Below, piece by piece: positions 50,889-64,000 of a DNA stretch of 64,000 nt. The position numbers and the translations under genes are program-made. Numbering within the stretch: the first letter of the stretch is position 1; every line of letters begins with the position of its first letter. This stretch comes from Klebsormidium nitens (taxonomy: Eukaryota; Plantae; Klebsormidiophyceae). The DNA lies in assembly GCA_000708835.1 (NCBI GenBank), contig DF237221.1, positions 1 through 64,000 of the forward strand, read 5' to 3'. Below the pieces are notes generated by a model. That model worked only from the letters and a program-made list of their open reading frames with translations. It was not told the DNA's origin and did not search any database.

Positions 50889-53800
50889 ATGACACCAAAA
50901 GGGGGGGTGCTTGGCTGCCCTCATGCCGGAAGAGTACAACGGCGTTCATTGTCAATCTTCTCCCCTTCCAGTCCTCCTCGCTCGGTATCTGCTTCTCCAA
51001 GCAATAATATTCGTCTCCAACGACAGTCAGGGTTTCATAAAAGTAGTGCCAATCCTGCCTCCATGCAACCTCTCCACTCAAGCAAGGAATCAGGCAAAGA
51101 ATTTCTGCGTCATGAAGCAAAGGTTTCAATAGGATGCAGAGGGATGTATGTAGGATGCAAACGTGGACTCCATGTAAGTAGACAAAGAATGCTGTGTGCG
51201 GTTGGTGCCTACTCTTTGGATTGGAAGGCTGTAAACCACAGATGGAAAATTGGAAGGTCCTTGGCGCCTCAACCAAAGGGCCGCTGCGTCGCGTCTAAAG
51301 TGGCTAGTGGTGCAAGGGCAAGCTCGGACTATGTTCGCGTTTTGTCAACCCTTCAGACAGACATCCCATTCCCAGAATTGTATGGGGTGAGTCGCTTACT
51401 GCCCTCATCATTAATCATGGACTTACATTGTGTGGTCCACATCTTGGGCACATCTTTCGTGGTGACAACGACTGGAAGCTACCAGGGGGGTTAAAAAGAC
51501 AGTTGCTTGGTGGCCTTGTCTGTGGTTATGACCACCTTTCATCCAGCAGTTTCATGGGAGGCAATGTTGTTGGGGGTTGCAGTGCTGCTGCCATCCCTGT
51601 TCTCATAGTACTGAAAGATTCGTGAGCCATGCGATTTCTTACTTCTCTTGTCCCCACTCAGCCAGGGACCCAATAAAGATTGCCCAAATCTCATTCCTTT
51701 CCTCACTGGGAAGGACAATCGAGTGGCGTCTCAAATCTCCACCAAATGTCTGTATTAAAGTGGTACCAGATCCAAGTTCGTAATCCCGCTGTGCTTTTCT
51801 CCCAGGTTCCGCTTGAGCAGTACATGACTGAGACTCAGCGCATATTCTCTGCCGTGTTTCCTGACACCCACCGCGCCCAGCGCCTTAGCCCCGTAAGTCT
51901 GTTTCTTGGCTTGTTCTGTATAACCTTTGATGTCCATACTTCTTAATGTTGAATAAAGTAGGAACAAGACTTTTGAGTTCTTTGATTGGTTGTAAGAACG
52001 CGGCTAGAGTTGACGGGCTCAAAAGACTCGAAAGGCAGAGTTTTTGAGTTCGGAAAGCTCCTGATAATCTATCAGCTAGATGGGTATAACCCAGTCCCGG
52101 AACCGATATCGTTCCTTTTCTCCTTCTGTTCTGCCGTAGTCCTTCTGGGCATCTTTGCAGGATGACGGCTCTGGCCCAAGTCGACTTTCAACAAAACTGC
52201 TCTTATTTTTTTGCAATTGCGTAGACCAGTGTCCTACTTGCAGCTTTGAATCAGGAGGGAAAGTCCTCTGTGGACCAGGCTTCCTGGAAGAACTGTAAGA
52301 GGCTTTAACCAGACCAACATGTTCGCCCCAGGAGAAGTCAGCTGATCTTGTTCAGATTGCCCCAAACGTCCTCTGCCTGGGTCTGACTGACTCCTTGCAT
52401 CACTGCCCAGGAGATGCGATGCATTTCACCTTCCGGTTGGCTTAACTCCAACAGAGAGTCCTCCGAGGAACTCTTGTCGAAGTCCCTTTTTGTGTCATTG
52501 GCCCAGGAGTTGTGGCGCATGTTTATTGTTCATCAATGTTAACACTCCTCCAAACGTCCTCAAGAGAACCTCAGTCTCATCGAATCATCTGTGTCAGTCC
52601 TTCAGGAGGTGTGGCGCATGATTATTGTCATCAATGTTAACACTCCTCCGAACGTCCTCAAGGGAACCTCAGTCTAATCGAAACATCTGTGTCATTCCTC
52701 CTGGCAGGAGGTGTGGCGCATCTTCATGCTCCCCATCAACTTCTTCTTCCTCAGCGTGCGCCCCGTGGTCGACATGCGGGTGTGGGTGCACGACCCCTCG
52801 GTAGATGGTCCCCGCCCTGGAGCGACGGCGACCGGAGGAAAGGCACGGAAAATGGTGTGCCTGGAGGCAGTAAGTTTTCAATATCAGATTTGCTTTTCTG
52901 ATCCAGTCCCGGTTGGAAAAGGAACTACCAAGGCCCAAAGCGTCAACACGATGCTTCTTAGGGAGTTTGATTGGCGAAACAGATAGCTGCAGCTTAAATG
53001 CAAAGAATCTAGAGTATGTCGCAAGTTTGTCGCTCCTACGTCGCTTGGAAGCCGAGATAGCTTGCGTGGATTGCAGTGGACAAAGATCGAGTGCTGCCGC
53101 CTCTGTTGGTGGCTCTTCGTCTCCTTTTATTGTTGCATGGCCATCATGATTGACAGTCAATTGTGGTCAAAGATGACACGGCTGCCTCTTATGCGCGGGC
53201 CCATTTGTTGCTTCTGTTCCTGGTCTTTGACTAGTAGCGGACCCTTAAATTGGCACACACGAAGTCCCTTCGTAACCATTCGAACTGTCAGCATTGGCCC
53301 TAGCCCCTGTTGCGTTTGATAAACTCTCTTTGCGAGGGAGCGGACGAGAGCACTTTCTTTTCTTCCGGTCGTATGCCCTTTCAATTGTCTTTTCTATTTT
53401 CCATTTCAGACCGAACGCCTCGTGCTTTGTTTCTTTGGTTCTTCTAACAGAAGATGAGAGGTCGAGAAAAAAGTTTCATTGCATAAAGACGCATGCTAGT
53501 CAGACTTGCTCCTGCTGACCCACGTCTTAGCGTTAAGCCGAAATTGGATCTTCAGCATAATCTAAATCCAGGATAGAATACTGAAACCAGCCTCCTCGAC
53601 CTCCCCATCTCCTCAACCTCTCCGCCTTTGTCTCCACCCCGTTCAGCTCTGAATGATTGTCAATGCCTCATTCGATCAGTTGGTTAGAGTGCTGAAAATT
53701 GTCAAGAAGAACCTGTCACACCCAACAGAAGCCTAGTTTCCCAAACCTCCGCGTCCTCTTCGCCTCCAGCTCCGGTGTGATCTCCGAAGCCTGGATTACG

Positions 53801-54739
53801 TGCTCAAGCCAGACGACTTCATCCTGGGCGCAAACGGCGCCCTATACCCTGAGCGCACCGGCCCCGCGGCGCGCCTCCGAGGCAGCATGCACGTCAGCAT
53901 CAGCCTCGCCGTGCCGCCCGCGCTGTTCTTCACGCCCAGGGGACTGCTGGAGCCGGCGGGGAATGCGGTAAGCTTTAGGATAATGCTTTTTGGGATGCGT
54001 GTGCTTTCGTTGTACATCTTGCTTTTTCGTCTCGCTTTTCGCGTCTTCGCTTCTAAAACGGGAAGGGGCCATTGATAATGAGGATAGCTTTTTAATGGCT
54101 CCGCATAGATCTTTAGGGCAGGTGGCAAGCCGCATCTTCTCGCCTTCAGAAGTAACGCATGAGATCCATTCAAGTCGAACAGTGCCTACGCGAAAAGCGT
54201 AAGATTTTGATTGTGATTCCCGACGAGTACCGTGATTTTCGAGCGCATTCCGTTATCGCCTGCGACCATCCCTCTGGATGGGCAAGACCAATTTGTGGTA
54301 AGACCAGGTTGTCGAGGAGTCAGCGCAACTGTCATTCGTTCCGCTTAGTTGACCGTTTCGAAGCTTTTCAATCAACACCTGTTGTATGCTGCGGGCGAAT
54401 GCGGGAGCTGCTCCATCGGCTACAATGTCCGGCCAATCTGCTCAACGGCCAACCGTTCAAATCACCCCTTGAAAGTATCTGATGCCGGTGCCTGTGTTCA
54501 AAGACACGTGTTGAAAGACTGTGTCTGCTGCATATTGTTTGGGTCTTCTGATGGCTTGTCCGTCTTCTTGATTGTTTTTCGGTGACTGACCTTAGCCTAC
54601 TCGTTTCTGGTCTACCCTGCAGGTCATGGAGCAATTGCTCCAAAACATGAAGAACAAGGTGAACAGCCAGCTGCTGGTGGACTACCGGGCATATGCTCAG
54701 GAGGAAGCAGCAAAGCGACGACAAATTCAAAGCGACTGA
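50889..54739 (+). CDS. DUF1997 family plastid protein, multi-exon
   Basis: Long transit-like exon to TDIPFPELYG, then VPLEQYMTETQRIFSAVFPD, EVWRIFMLPINFFFLSVRPVVDMRVW, DFILGANGALYPERTG...VPPALFFTPRGLLEPAGNA, and VMEQLLQNMKNKVNSQLLVDY...SD*. The start codon is uncertain. Confidence 0.8.
52500..52740 (+). repeat. 3-unit tandem array (about 100 bp) of acceptor + exon start in the DUF1997 gene
   Basis: CAGGAG(T/G)TGTGGCGCAT at 52504, 52603 and 52705 (real exon). The two spacers are nearly identical (ATCAATGTTAACACTCCTCC...CATCTGTGTCA). Confidence 0.93.
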
Positions 54740-55649
54740 GTGGAGGAGGCGTTGTCGGCCCCTCATTATTCCTCCTCTGCTGAATGTACCATAACCCCAT
54801 TCTTTTAGGTGGTAATTGCACGCTGCTTGTGATGTAACGATGCACTTTTGACTGCTTACTGGAGTTCTCGGTCTAGGTCAAGACGTGACGCTGTCATCAA
54901 AAATGCAGCCTAGTGCGTCGATTTTTTGCAAGTATGAACTATATTGTACTTTGTCAAATGCAAGACCAGCTGTTTTATTATAAGACCGTATTGCATGTGT
55001 TCATCATCAGAGCACTGGCTACGGTGTCAATTAAGCACTTTTAATGCACTGACGCTGCAATGCAACTGGGCGCGAAGACGTGACCTTGCACTGCACAGGG
55101 CGGATGCGGCACCGCCGTCCAGAATATGTCGCCTAAATACTTGACGAGTTGGATGCGTTGCAGTGGATGCATCACACTGGCATGTCAGCCGGCCTCAGCA
55201 GGGAATTGGGGATGCGTATGCATTCCAAGTATCGCTTACGGTAGTACTTTTCCGACGTATACTGGCACAGCTCCGCGCCAATATTCTATAGAACATGGCA
55301 TGCACAAAGCTGAATTGATCGACCGTGGCCCCTTACCTGCGTGTGTATTTGCTTCACCAAATTCAACCGCGGCAGGGATGACTTGATCCGGCCAGCAAGG
55401 TACGGACGGTCGTGTCCTTTGCCAGCAGCCAGCTGAGCCAGCAGGCTCGACGGTTAACCGGCACCTTAACGGACAGAGTTATCATGCCGCCTTGCATGCA
55501 TGACGGCATGATGATAGTTGAGCACACATGTGGGCTGCGCACTGACTCAGAGATCGTGCATAAAGAGTCGACATAGCAAGTTGAAAGGCTGGCAGCTGTC
55601 GTGACCATTGAAACATTGCGCGCTGGCAACAGCTGCCCCCTCGAACGGA

Positions 55650-58085
55650 TCAATGCAGATCCTCGTCCTCGCCTGGACACTCCGTATCAATATCCTCCTG
55701 CGAATCGTACTTCACCCCGCAATATATACAGTACCAGTGTTTGTCTCTTAGCCGTCGAAGCATCCGCTCGAGTATCCGCACCCTGTCTTCGTCCGACACC
55801 TCCTCCACCGCGTTCTTCGCCTCTTCCTCTTCGTCTAATGATCTCTCTCCCGGCCGCAGCTTCCGTTTCCGCGCTATCCTCACATCCAGCCCCACTTCGT
55901 CTTCTAATACGCTATCTCCTTCCAATACACTACCGTTTCCGTCCTTATTTACACCCTCTAAACTTACAACGTCTCTCCACGGCCCGTCCTCGCCCTCGAT
56001 CGTTGCGAGCGCCGTTTCTGCGCGCCCGAGGTCGCGCCGCACCTTTCGAAAGTCCCACCGGCCCTTTGCACGGTCCCGGAAGTCGAGGGCCAACTCCTGC
56101 TGCTGCCGTTGCCGATGCTCTGCTGCGCGCGCCCTTCGTGCGGCCTGGTCAGGGAGACATTGATTTGTTTTATGAGGTCGAAGCTGGCACATAGCACCCA
56201 CAAGAGAAACGAACACCTTCGTTAGTTGCACAATCCCGGAAGTCGGGGCTAACCCCTTCTGCGGCTGTTCCCAGGGCTCTGCTGCTTGCTGCAGCCCGAA
56301 GTAGAAAACGTAGTTGATCTTGAAAACAGTCCTCATACGTGACACAACGAAGATCACGAGCACAACTGCAGTTGTGGCCGATTCTGCAGATCAAGAGCTA
56401 GAGCTGACTGCTGCGCGCCGGTGTGGGCAGGTCACGGTGCCCTTCTCACGATCTGATCAGCTGGATTCTGGAAACACGTTCGAAATATGGCAGCAGTACT
56501 GTACGCTTTCAGATAGGAAGGACCCGTTGTATTGGCACAGTGCTTCATGCCACTTGTCCTTCTGTGGCCTGATGAAAAAGACAGACTCGGAGGGGAGGTT
56601 CCAGTGCGGTCAGAGAGTGCACAGCTGGCACCAAGAGACGTAGGCGGGATGCCAAATGCGAGTCTGGTGTCGAATAGTCGTTTGCAGATACCTTACATGC
56701 GTCCGAAAAGACGCCCTCAGAACGTCGTGAATTATTCGGGTCGAAGGTGTTGTACGTAGTGTCATAAGGTCCAGAAGTTTCTCAGATAAACTTGTCGGCT
56801 GGTGAAGACGGAAGAAGTCTCGTTTCAAGATCTGGCTCCTTCATCGAGCCAGGGAAACAGTTCAGCAACAGGGGTGTTCAGGGGACCAAGCCTCGAAGCA
56901 AGATCGAAGCAGTCCACTGCCAACTGCCATTCACAGATCCACCAAGTTTCATTCACCCAAGATTCGACATGAGAGATCCGAAACAACTCTTTTCGATTCG
57001 AAAACGGCCGAGAAAGGCTTTGAAAAGCAATGCAAGCTTGACGTACTTTTGACAGCCTTTCTCTTCTGAAGCACTTCTCACAAGATAGTTGCCAGACTGC
57101 ATCCAAGAACCGTGGCAATGTGAACATTCTACATTGGCTGACGCACCTTTTCTTGCTGCTCCTGCTGAATGATCTCGTCTCTGCCCAGCCCCGTCTTCGC
57201 TCTTTTCACCTTCAATTCCAGGGGCTCCGTGATACCCCCCTGCTCCGGCTGGCCCAAGCTACCCCCTGGCCTGCCAAAAGAAGGTTCAAAAGTGCTGTAA
57301 TCTCCCGCGTCACCTTGTATGCAAAGACCTCTTTGGAATTTCGTTTTTGGTCAAGAGCCCCACACCTATCAAACGATGGGGCTCGTCAACGTAGGTCTGC
57401 AACTCTGAGAGATACTTTGGAACAATTCAAAGAGCGCATCTAGAAGATGGCCGAAACATTTGCTGACGCCACAAGAAATTTGAGCTTCGGGAAGGGGGCG
57501 GGGCGCTGCTGATTCATCTGTGATTTCACCTGATGAAAACCACCTTTCAGAGAGTCGTTTCACCATTGAGCCTCCTCATGAAGAGTGTGAAAAGCGTCAA
57601 AGACTCAACCACAGGAAGGCACTTGTGCGGACGAAGTAAACAACCTCAAGCAATCAAAGCAAATTGGTGAAAACAAGCGCCATTTTTGAACTCACAAGCA
57701 GTGATAAGTGACTTCCACGGCGACAATCATTATTCTGTTCAAGCATCAGAGACAAATTGGATGAATGAAAGAAAGGAAGTAATGAAGAAAGGAGCAATCA
57801 AACTCACTTGTAGCCCATCTTCTCCAGCAGCTTAAATCCAATGTTCCCCTGCGGAATTGCCTGCGCCATGCCCTCTTGCCGCAGCTTCTCTTCTTTCTCG
57901 AAAACACGCTCCTTTCGCTGCTGCTGCTTCTGTACAAATGTCAAGCGGGGCTTGGCGCTCTGCTGGGGAAGTTTCTTCGCACCAGAGGTCTTAGAATTCG
58001 TGAGCGAAGGAGCGGATTCTGCAATGCCAAAGATGCTCAAATCAGCCATGTAGTCTGGCTCGTCTGCAGGATCCTGGTCCGCCAT
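55650..58085 (-). CDS. GPATCH11: G-patch domain protein 11 (CCDC75)-like, with C-terminal DUF4187 Zn-binding motif
   Basis: MADQDPADEPDYMADLSIF, G-patch IPQGNIGFKLLEKMGYK, and C-terminus LRDKHWYCIYCGVKYDSQEDIDTECPGEDEDLH*. Confidence 0.88.
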
Positions 58086-58683
58086 AGCTGCAAATTGGTG
58101 TCCCAGCAGATCTCAGTTCAGATTTTCAGCGAGTGAGCGCTCCTATAATTTGTACGGCAGCATAATGCAAGATGTAGAGAAGCAATTGGGCACCACTATA
58201 AACAGAGTTCCGCGACTTGGTCACTCCATATGGAAGGCCAACAAAACTCTGGACAGTTTGAGTTCTGATGAAGGCCCATGCACTGATGCAGCCTGCAGGA
58301 GGAGCCGACGGCACATTTGTCATCATGATGATGGTACGACGGTACCATCCGACTCCGAACGCGATGGTAATGGCTCTTTTCACTGGGCGGCAGTCAAGGC
58401 GCTAACGGTGTGCATGGACAAAGAGCATTTGATTAAATACCGTCAATCGGACTGACAGATTGACGTGGCAATCCATCAACCATCCGATGGCAGACAAGGT
58501 CAAGGCGGTTCTCGAGGCTCTCACCGGGTTTGCGAAACCGGGGCAAAGAATGGATGAATAGACTGGAAAGTCACGCATCTAGTTGACAGCTTTCCTCCTG
58601 CGAGCTGGCAACTTCTCACCCGCTTCTTTCTGACGACAGCTCACCTCTCTTGAGCAGCGGCAGTGGCAAATGCGCCAAATTCA

Positions 58684-61600
58684 ATGTTGCGAGTTGTCTC
58701 CAGCCGTCTGTCTATCCGCAGCTCGCAGCTCTGCTCTCCTCAAGCAGCTAGCCTATTCACAAGCCCTCACCGACTGAAGGCCAGCGCTATGGCCGCTCCT
58801 GGCACTGTTGTTGAGAACACCCTTCCGGGCAGCAGCGGGCTTGCAGCAGAGAATGGGCCTGTGACCAAGGAGGCTGGGTCGGTGGGGCCTGCAAGCAGTA
58901 CCGCACCCGTGCAGGGGATCAAGAACTTGTCAAAGGTGGCCAATGAGATTGTTCCACATGTCATGAACCTGTGAGTGGTCCTAGTTTCTTCCACCTTTAG
59001 GGCTTTGGTGGGCCTCTTTTTAGAAGATTGTGCCGAATGATGCTTCGAAAGATTGAAGTTGAGCTGTTTCACCACAAATGAAACAGTGGTCAGAACCAGG
59101 CTAACTGTGCATGCATGCAACGTCCCATTTTCGCCCATATTGAGCTAAAACTTCGTCTTCAGCGAGCGGGCTGATTACCTTCCAACGGCTTGCCTTGAAT
59201 CTGGACAGCGGGATTTGCAAGGCAGGAACTGTCCAGAAATGCTATATTTTGAGAGCTTGTAGAAGCGCGCACTTGCTGGGATAAGACTCGGGACAACGAC
59301 TTGCACTGGTTTTGTACTTCAGCTTCTTCAATGTTCCGTGCTCAGAAAACAGACTCAATGAAGAAGACTCCCTTTGACCTCTTGCAGGTATCAGAGCGTT
59401 GCTACTGAGTCTGACTACAAGATCTACGCCCCAAATGCTGAATTTGAGGATCCGCTGATGCACGCGATCGGGCTCAAGCAGGTGCAATCGGCATTTCAAG
59501 CGATGCCCAAAACGTTTAGCATGGCGCAGGCTCTCAAGAGCGACGTCATCAAGGACCTTGACGCACCGAGCTCAGGAGAGGTGAGGTTTGCGGTTCCGAA
59601 TGATGTTTGGCTGTTCAGAATTAAATCTTTTTCCGAACCACAAGCGATCGAGAACGCGCCGAGGTCAATAGTTGACAGAGAAGAAGTTGTCAAACAGTCT
59701 CTACGAGTTTGGGCATGTCTATTGTCAAGATTCCGAGCACCTATTCAGTGTGATAGTTGAGATAGACTCTGAAAGCTTCACTTACTTGATAACTGTTGCT
59801 TTAGGAGTGAAAGCCTTTAGCATCTCAGCGGGCCATCAAAACAATGCGCTTGTAGATCTAAACGCCTTGACACAGAGCAAGGTGGAGTGAGGTTTTATGG
59901 GCTTGCGTCAGGACTGGGGGTTTGAAGTTGTGCCAGGCGTGGAAGAACAGGAAAAACCGGCTGGGGAGGTTCCGATTGCGTTTATGGCTGGGAGATTAGA
60001 TACATGTTTCGAGGGGTCTTGGTTCACAAGTTTGACTTTGCGCTCAGAATCGCGTGAGGAATCAAACAGCAAAGACGATCGGATCCTGCGTTCGCTTTCA
60101 GTTATCAAGAGCGTATGTGACATGCAGAATAACGATTGGACAAGTCTGGTGCAATTATGCTATACTTCGTCTCTGTATGTTCTGTGTTGTGGATATGTAT
60201 ACACCATTAGATGTAAGCTCGTCGAGTTCTGCTTTATACCACCACCTTTGCAAATCTTCTGAGCACCGTCCGTCACAATCTTTTCAGAAAATTCTCAACG
60301 ACCCCCGTTTATGACTTTTAGCCCTGTTTGAAGGAAGATGACAAAGTCCCAGGCAGAAAAGAGGCTCTTCTAGCTTCAATTGCGCGTTGCACAGGCTGTC
60401 TTACGACATTCTCGTTCTGATATCTGACCGGTTGATGATTCGCCAGTTAGGTAAGACTGGTGCGGCCAATTTCGGATGTTTTCGATTCCGGACGGGCAAT
60501 GTTCGATCCAAATTTCGGACAAGTGAAAGCAGGGTTTCACTCAGTGAAACTGCAGTCGATTCGATACCGTTTTAATGCCAAATCGAAACACGGCTTGATG
60601 ACGTGGTCCCTTTTCGATTTGGCAATAAAACAGTATCGAATCGACNNNNNNNNNNNNNNNNNNNNAACACGGCTTGATGACGTGGTCCCTTTTCGATTTG
60701 GCAATAAAACAGTATCGAATCGACTGCAGTTTCACTGAGTGAAACCCTGCTTTCACCCGTCCGAAATTTGGATCGAACATTGCCCGTCCGGAATCGAAAA
60801 GATCCGAAATTGGCCGCACCAGTCTTATTAGGTATTCGTAATGAAATGATTTCTGTGACGCCTTTTTTCCTTTTCGCTCTCAACACCGTAGTCTCGAGAT
60901 TTCATCACGACTCTCCTCTCGCACGTGCCCCACTTGCGCCACAAAACGTCACCTTACGAAGGTACTCTACACGTCGCTTGCTCTGCATACTTGGTCTCAC
61001 GAGACCCTCGCTCCTCGTCTCCTCAGATCCACATCGACCTGGTGATGAAATACAAGATGCGTCCCGTCGGCCCCACCTTCGAGATGCCGTCGCTGGTGCG
61101 CCTGGTGGTTCAGGACGGCCAGGTCGTCCGGCACGAGGACTTGTGAGCGTCCGAACTGCTGTAACGCTTGTTCTTTTCGTAGAAACTCTGTTGCAGAGGT
61201 CTCTGAGAATGTGACGCTCGTTCTACTCACATAGTCACATTACGAAGGCGTCCAAGACTCCACTTGCGGAGCACCACGCTTTTTCCTCAACAGTATCTCG
61301 CGAACAGTTTCGGTGTTGGAAGGTCACTGACTCTGACATATCGCGTTGTCGGAAAGAACCCAACCACGCGTCTGTGATTGTACAAGTCCTGTATGGATCA
61401 GCTGATTGTCGTCGGTTGTGGGACTTTTAAGTCGAGAAAGCGCAATCCTTGAGCGCAGGACAATCAGACGCGGCCATTGAGATTGGCTCTCTAATTCGGG
61501 TGGCGGCAGAATATCTGCTCCGCCCTTCCCGAGCGTTACCTTCTCTTTCCAAAATGAGCGACTGAAACCTTGTCAATCTACCCTCCAGATGGCACCACAA

Positions 61601-61766
61601 GCCCCTCACGCATACGGGCATCGTGGGCAAGACTGGCGACATGATGCGGAGAGCCAACATGATGCTGACGCACGCCATCATGGGTTTCGGGGGGAAGGTC
61701 CCTGCTGACTCACCTAAGTCCACGCTCACACCCCCGAAGGAGACTGCCGGGAGCAGCAGCTTGTGA
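58684..61766 (+). CDS. NTF2/SnoaL-like family protein with organellar targeting peptide, 4 exons
   Basis: MLRVVSSRLSIRSS... / EIVPHVMNL / YQSVATESDYKIYAPNAEFEDPLMHAIGLKQVQSAF / IHIDLVMKY...VVQDGQVVRHEDL / WHHKPL...MLTHAIMGFGG...SL*. Phases are consistent at the last junction (61142/61588). Confidence 0.85.
60452..60827. mobile_element. Palindromic MITE-like element (family A, long copy) in an intron of the NTF2-like gene, with a candidate 5-bp TSD
   Basis: Perfect termini TAAGACTGGTGCGGCC...GGCCGCACCAGTCTTA, with arms complementary almost to the centre. TTAGG directly flanks both ends (60447-60451, 60828-60832). Contains a 20-N gap. Confidence 0.88.
60646..60665. other. Assembly gap (20 N) with an identical 59-bp sequence on both sides
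   Basis: 60587-60645 equals 60666-60724, consistent with an unmerged contig overlap inside a hairpin. Confidence 0.9.
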
Positions 61767-63846
61767 TGCGTTTGTCACCAATTTTGCGTCTCGTAAAGAT
61801 TCAGGCGAAAATCCAAGGCCGGTTTTCAGCGGGAAAGCCGCCCAGAGATACACATTCTTTTAGGGACAGATTCTTTGGTTATACTTAGCAAGGCACGATA
61901 TTTGCGTTCGGTGTTCGAGAAGTGGTCCTTGTACAGAATACGCATTGTACAGTGTGTAACTCGTCGTTCCAAATAGCAGGGCATTGAAATGAGATTGCAG
62001 GGGAAGTTACTGCGCAAGATCAGTGCACGTGCAGATTCAGCACCAGGGTCGGCTACGGAGGCCTCCCTGTCCGGCAATAACGGGCGTCAGAATTTGCTCA
62101 AGGGTGTATCTGAGTCATACTACTCGTGTAAGATACTGAAAACTAGGACTACGACTGAGTCCTTCATGTCCTTAAATCTAAGGTGATGTGAAATGTACAC
62201 ATCGCTTGATCTGCTCGACAATTATGTGCTTGCATGTGCTGAGTGCTGCTGCCTAACTGCGGCATATACTCATGTGCTTGATCATGCAGTGCCAGCCCAT
62301 CCAGTGCGCCCACGCAGTTTCATTTGCCTTTGTACCCCGTGTTCCTTGATCTGTGGGATGCACGTATCTACAACGAACTGTAAGATGGCCCCATTTTGGG
62401 TGTGCGAAGTGGAATAGGCACCGCAGTGACATGGAATGCGCGGGCCACCAGCGATGTACCCACAGCCTGGCCATGCACAGCGTCCAACTGTGCAAATTTC
62501 AGACTGCCGATTTCTTCTGCACTATGCCTGTTCGACTGCCCCTGGCTGCTGCCTGCCATAACTGGTGATGATATACTCGCGGTCACGAACTTCTAGTTCA
62601 TACTTTGCTAACATCTGCACGCAGTTGGTCCGACAATGATCCGATGATCGTCTGTTGTACTTGCCGCTCCTTTTGCATGATCACGCACTTAGTTATCCTC
62701 CTGTCCCTCTAGATTGCGTAACCCGAGCGGTACTAGCGCACTTAGACCTGAAGCGGGGGGACCAAACGCCACTGAAACACAGTGAACCATGATCCGCACC
62801 GTCAGATGAGAAATCTCTTGATCAGGACGGTTGCGGTTGCATATTTTGGATGTCCCGAGCCCGATGCGGTCCCTCGGTTGGTCTGAGGGGAGGGTTAAGA
62901 AGAGTGTTAAAAGAGGGTTAATGGTTTTTTGGCTGTTAAACCCACCTAAACCTGCCCCCAATCCCTCCTAAACGGCGCGTTGCCCGGACCCCAAACTCTG
63001 GGTTTTCAAAGGCGACCCTGTGGAGGTTCAATCCCACCAATTTTCGGTTCCGGGCAATTAGCCGTTTGGCTGTTGGCACATGGTTCATGTTGCTAACTTT
63101 CTTGCCTGGGGTGTTTGGTCCCCCTGACTTGAAGCAGTTCAGGAGCAACTTCAATATAAGAAGTGGCTCTTGTAGCGCCGACTCATGCAGTCTTCAAACG
63201 GTACTTCGATTGGTGACTTGAGGTTTCTGATCAAGGCTGCTACCTCTCAATCGAAAGCATTCTGTCTCTAAATTACCGATAAGATTAGGTTCATTCAGCC
63301 CGATACAGTACTCAAAAAGTTCCTGCTATGATCACCTGCGACAGCTAATCTTACAACGAGAAGCATACCTGCGTAGATTCCTTTCTGTCTTTCGAAAAGT
63401 CCATCACGACTTAAGTGCTCTCGCTAACTTGTTGAGCAGCTGATGATCGACTACGGCGCCCGACCGCCCTTATAGCTGTTTCCGATCTGTGCGCGTAATG
63501 TGAGATTGAAATAAGATAGCACAACCTTGCTGCTGCAGTAAGGAAAGATGCCCGCTAGTCACTTCAAATCCGTCCATTACAGGTCGTCTTCGTCGCAGGC
63601 TCTACAAGACCTGCCCCTTGGTTTCACCACAGGCAGTAGGAAAGCAGCGCTTAGAAAGCATCGGACCACTGCGCTCGTAGCCGCTGCGTGCTTCTCTATC
63701 CTCACAATCTTCGCCATCGAGATCTTGACCAGAGTCTTCAGATAAGGCCAAAACAAATAAGTTGGTCGGCGCAAGCGGCGGCCGCCTCATACAGACGAGC
63801 AGGGGCCACAAACTCGAAACTCTGCAAGAGATCGAAATTAAAAGCC

Positions 63847-63912
63847 ATGGCCAACGTTTTTGTCAGCGTTCGATTCAGGCCAATGAACAGAAAGGAGTTG
63901 GGAAGCAACGAT
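63847..63912 (+). CDS. First exon of a kinesin motor protein (kinesin-1/PSS1-like start); continues beyond the window
   Basis: GCCATGGCC context, MANVFVSVRFRPMNRKELGSND (the V.VRFRP.N..E motor-domain start) followed by a GTGAG donor at 63913. Confidence 0.6.
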
Positions 63913-64000
63913 GTGAGTTGCATTCTGAAAGATCATCAAGACGAGAGAACTGGTCTCAAGCTGCAGGTATGTAAGAACGCCTCTGCCTTTAAGAAGAGTT

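Noticed and set aside
59570-59670. Possible donor echo (GCACCGAGCTCA vs GCGCCGAGGTCA) in the NTF2-like gene
   Set aside because: The match is too short and the echo lacks the GT.
60587-60724. 59-bp direct repeat inside the MITE
   Set aside because: It flanks the N gap exactly and is best explained as an assembly overlap, not biology.
62680-63160. Minus-strand ORFs containing LGGIGG (retroviral protease-like) and unusual TTAA-rich composition
   Set aside because: No catalytic D[ST]G motif or other retroelement domains nearby; could be a degenerate fragment or low-quality sequence.
63548-63745. 65-aa ORF with a hydrophobic C-terminus upstream of the kinesin ATG
   Set aside because: No recognisable family or splice support; may be 5' UTR or promoter sequence.

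Overview
Eukaryotic nuclear DNA: intron-rich, with GC-rich coding exons and GT/GC-AG splicing. The proteins are streptophyte-like, and the overall style suggests a charophyte alga such as Klebsormidium (inference; no search was run). Genes reconstructed by eye, in order: a Crinkler-like (coiled-coil + REase-like + minimal kinase) gene with a possible lesion; an APY1/2-type apyrase (-); plastid 2-isopropylmalate synthase (+); a possible degenerate gene (-); MSH5 (+); a degenerate tRNA-like element; a very large plastid-type protein with a PRC-barrel and PTST2/3-like repeats (+); a 6-unit polyubiquitin with introns and a 1-nt frameshift (-); DUF3119 (-); DUF1997 (+); GPATCH11-like (-); an NTF2/SnoaL-like gene (+); and the first exon of a kinesin. 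Two MITE families are present. The most striking unexplained pattern is 'splice-junction echoes': decayed tandem copies of the genes' own acceptor or donor sites plus adjacent exon sequence, stacked on the intron side. They occur at 8 junctions in 5 genes, in arrays of up to 6-7 copies. Exon boundaries and family calls come from manual motif recognition and should be confirmed by searches and RNA-seq.
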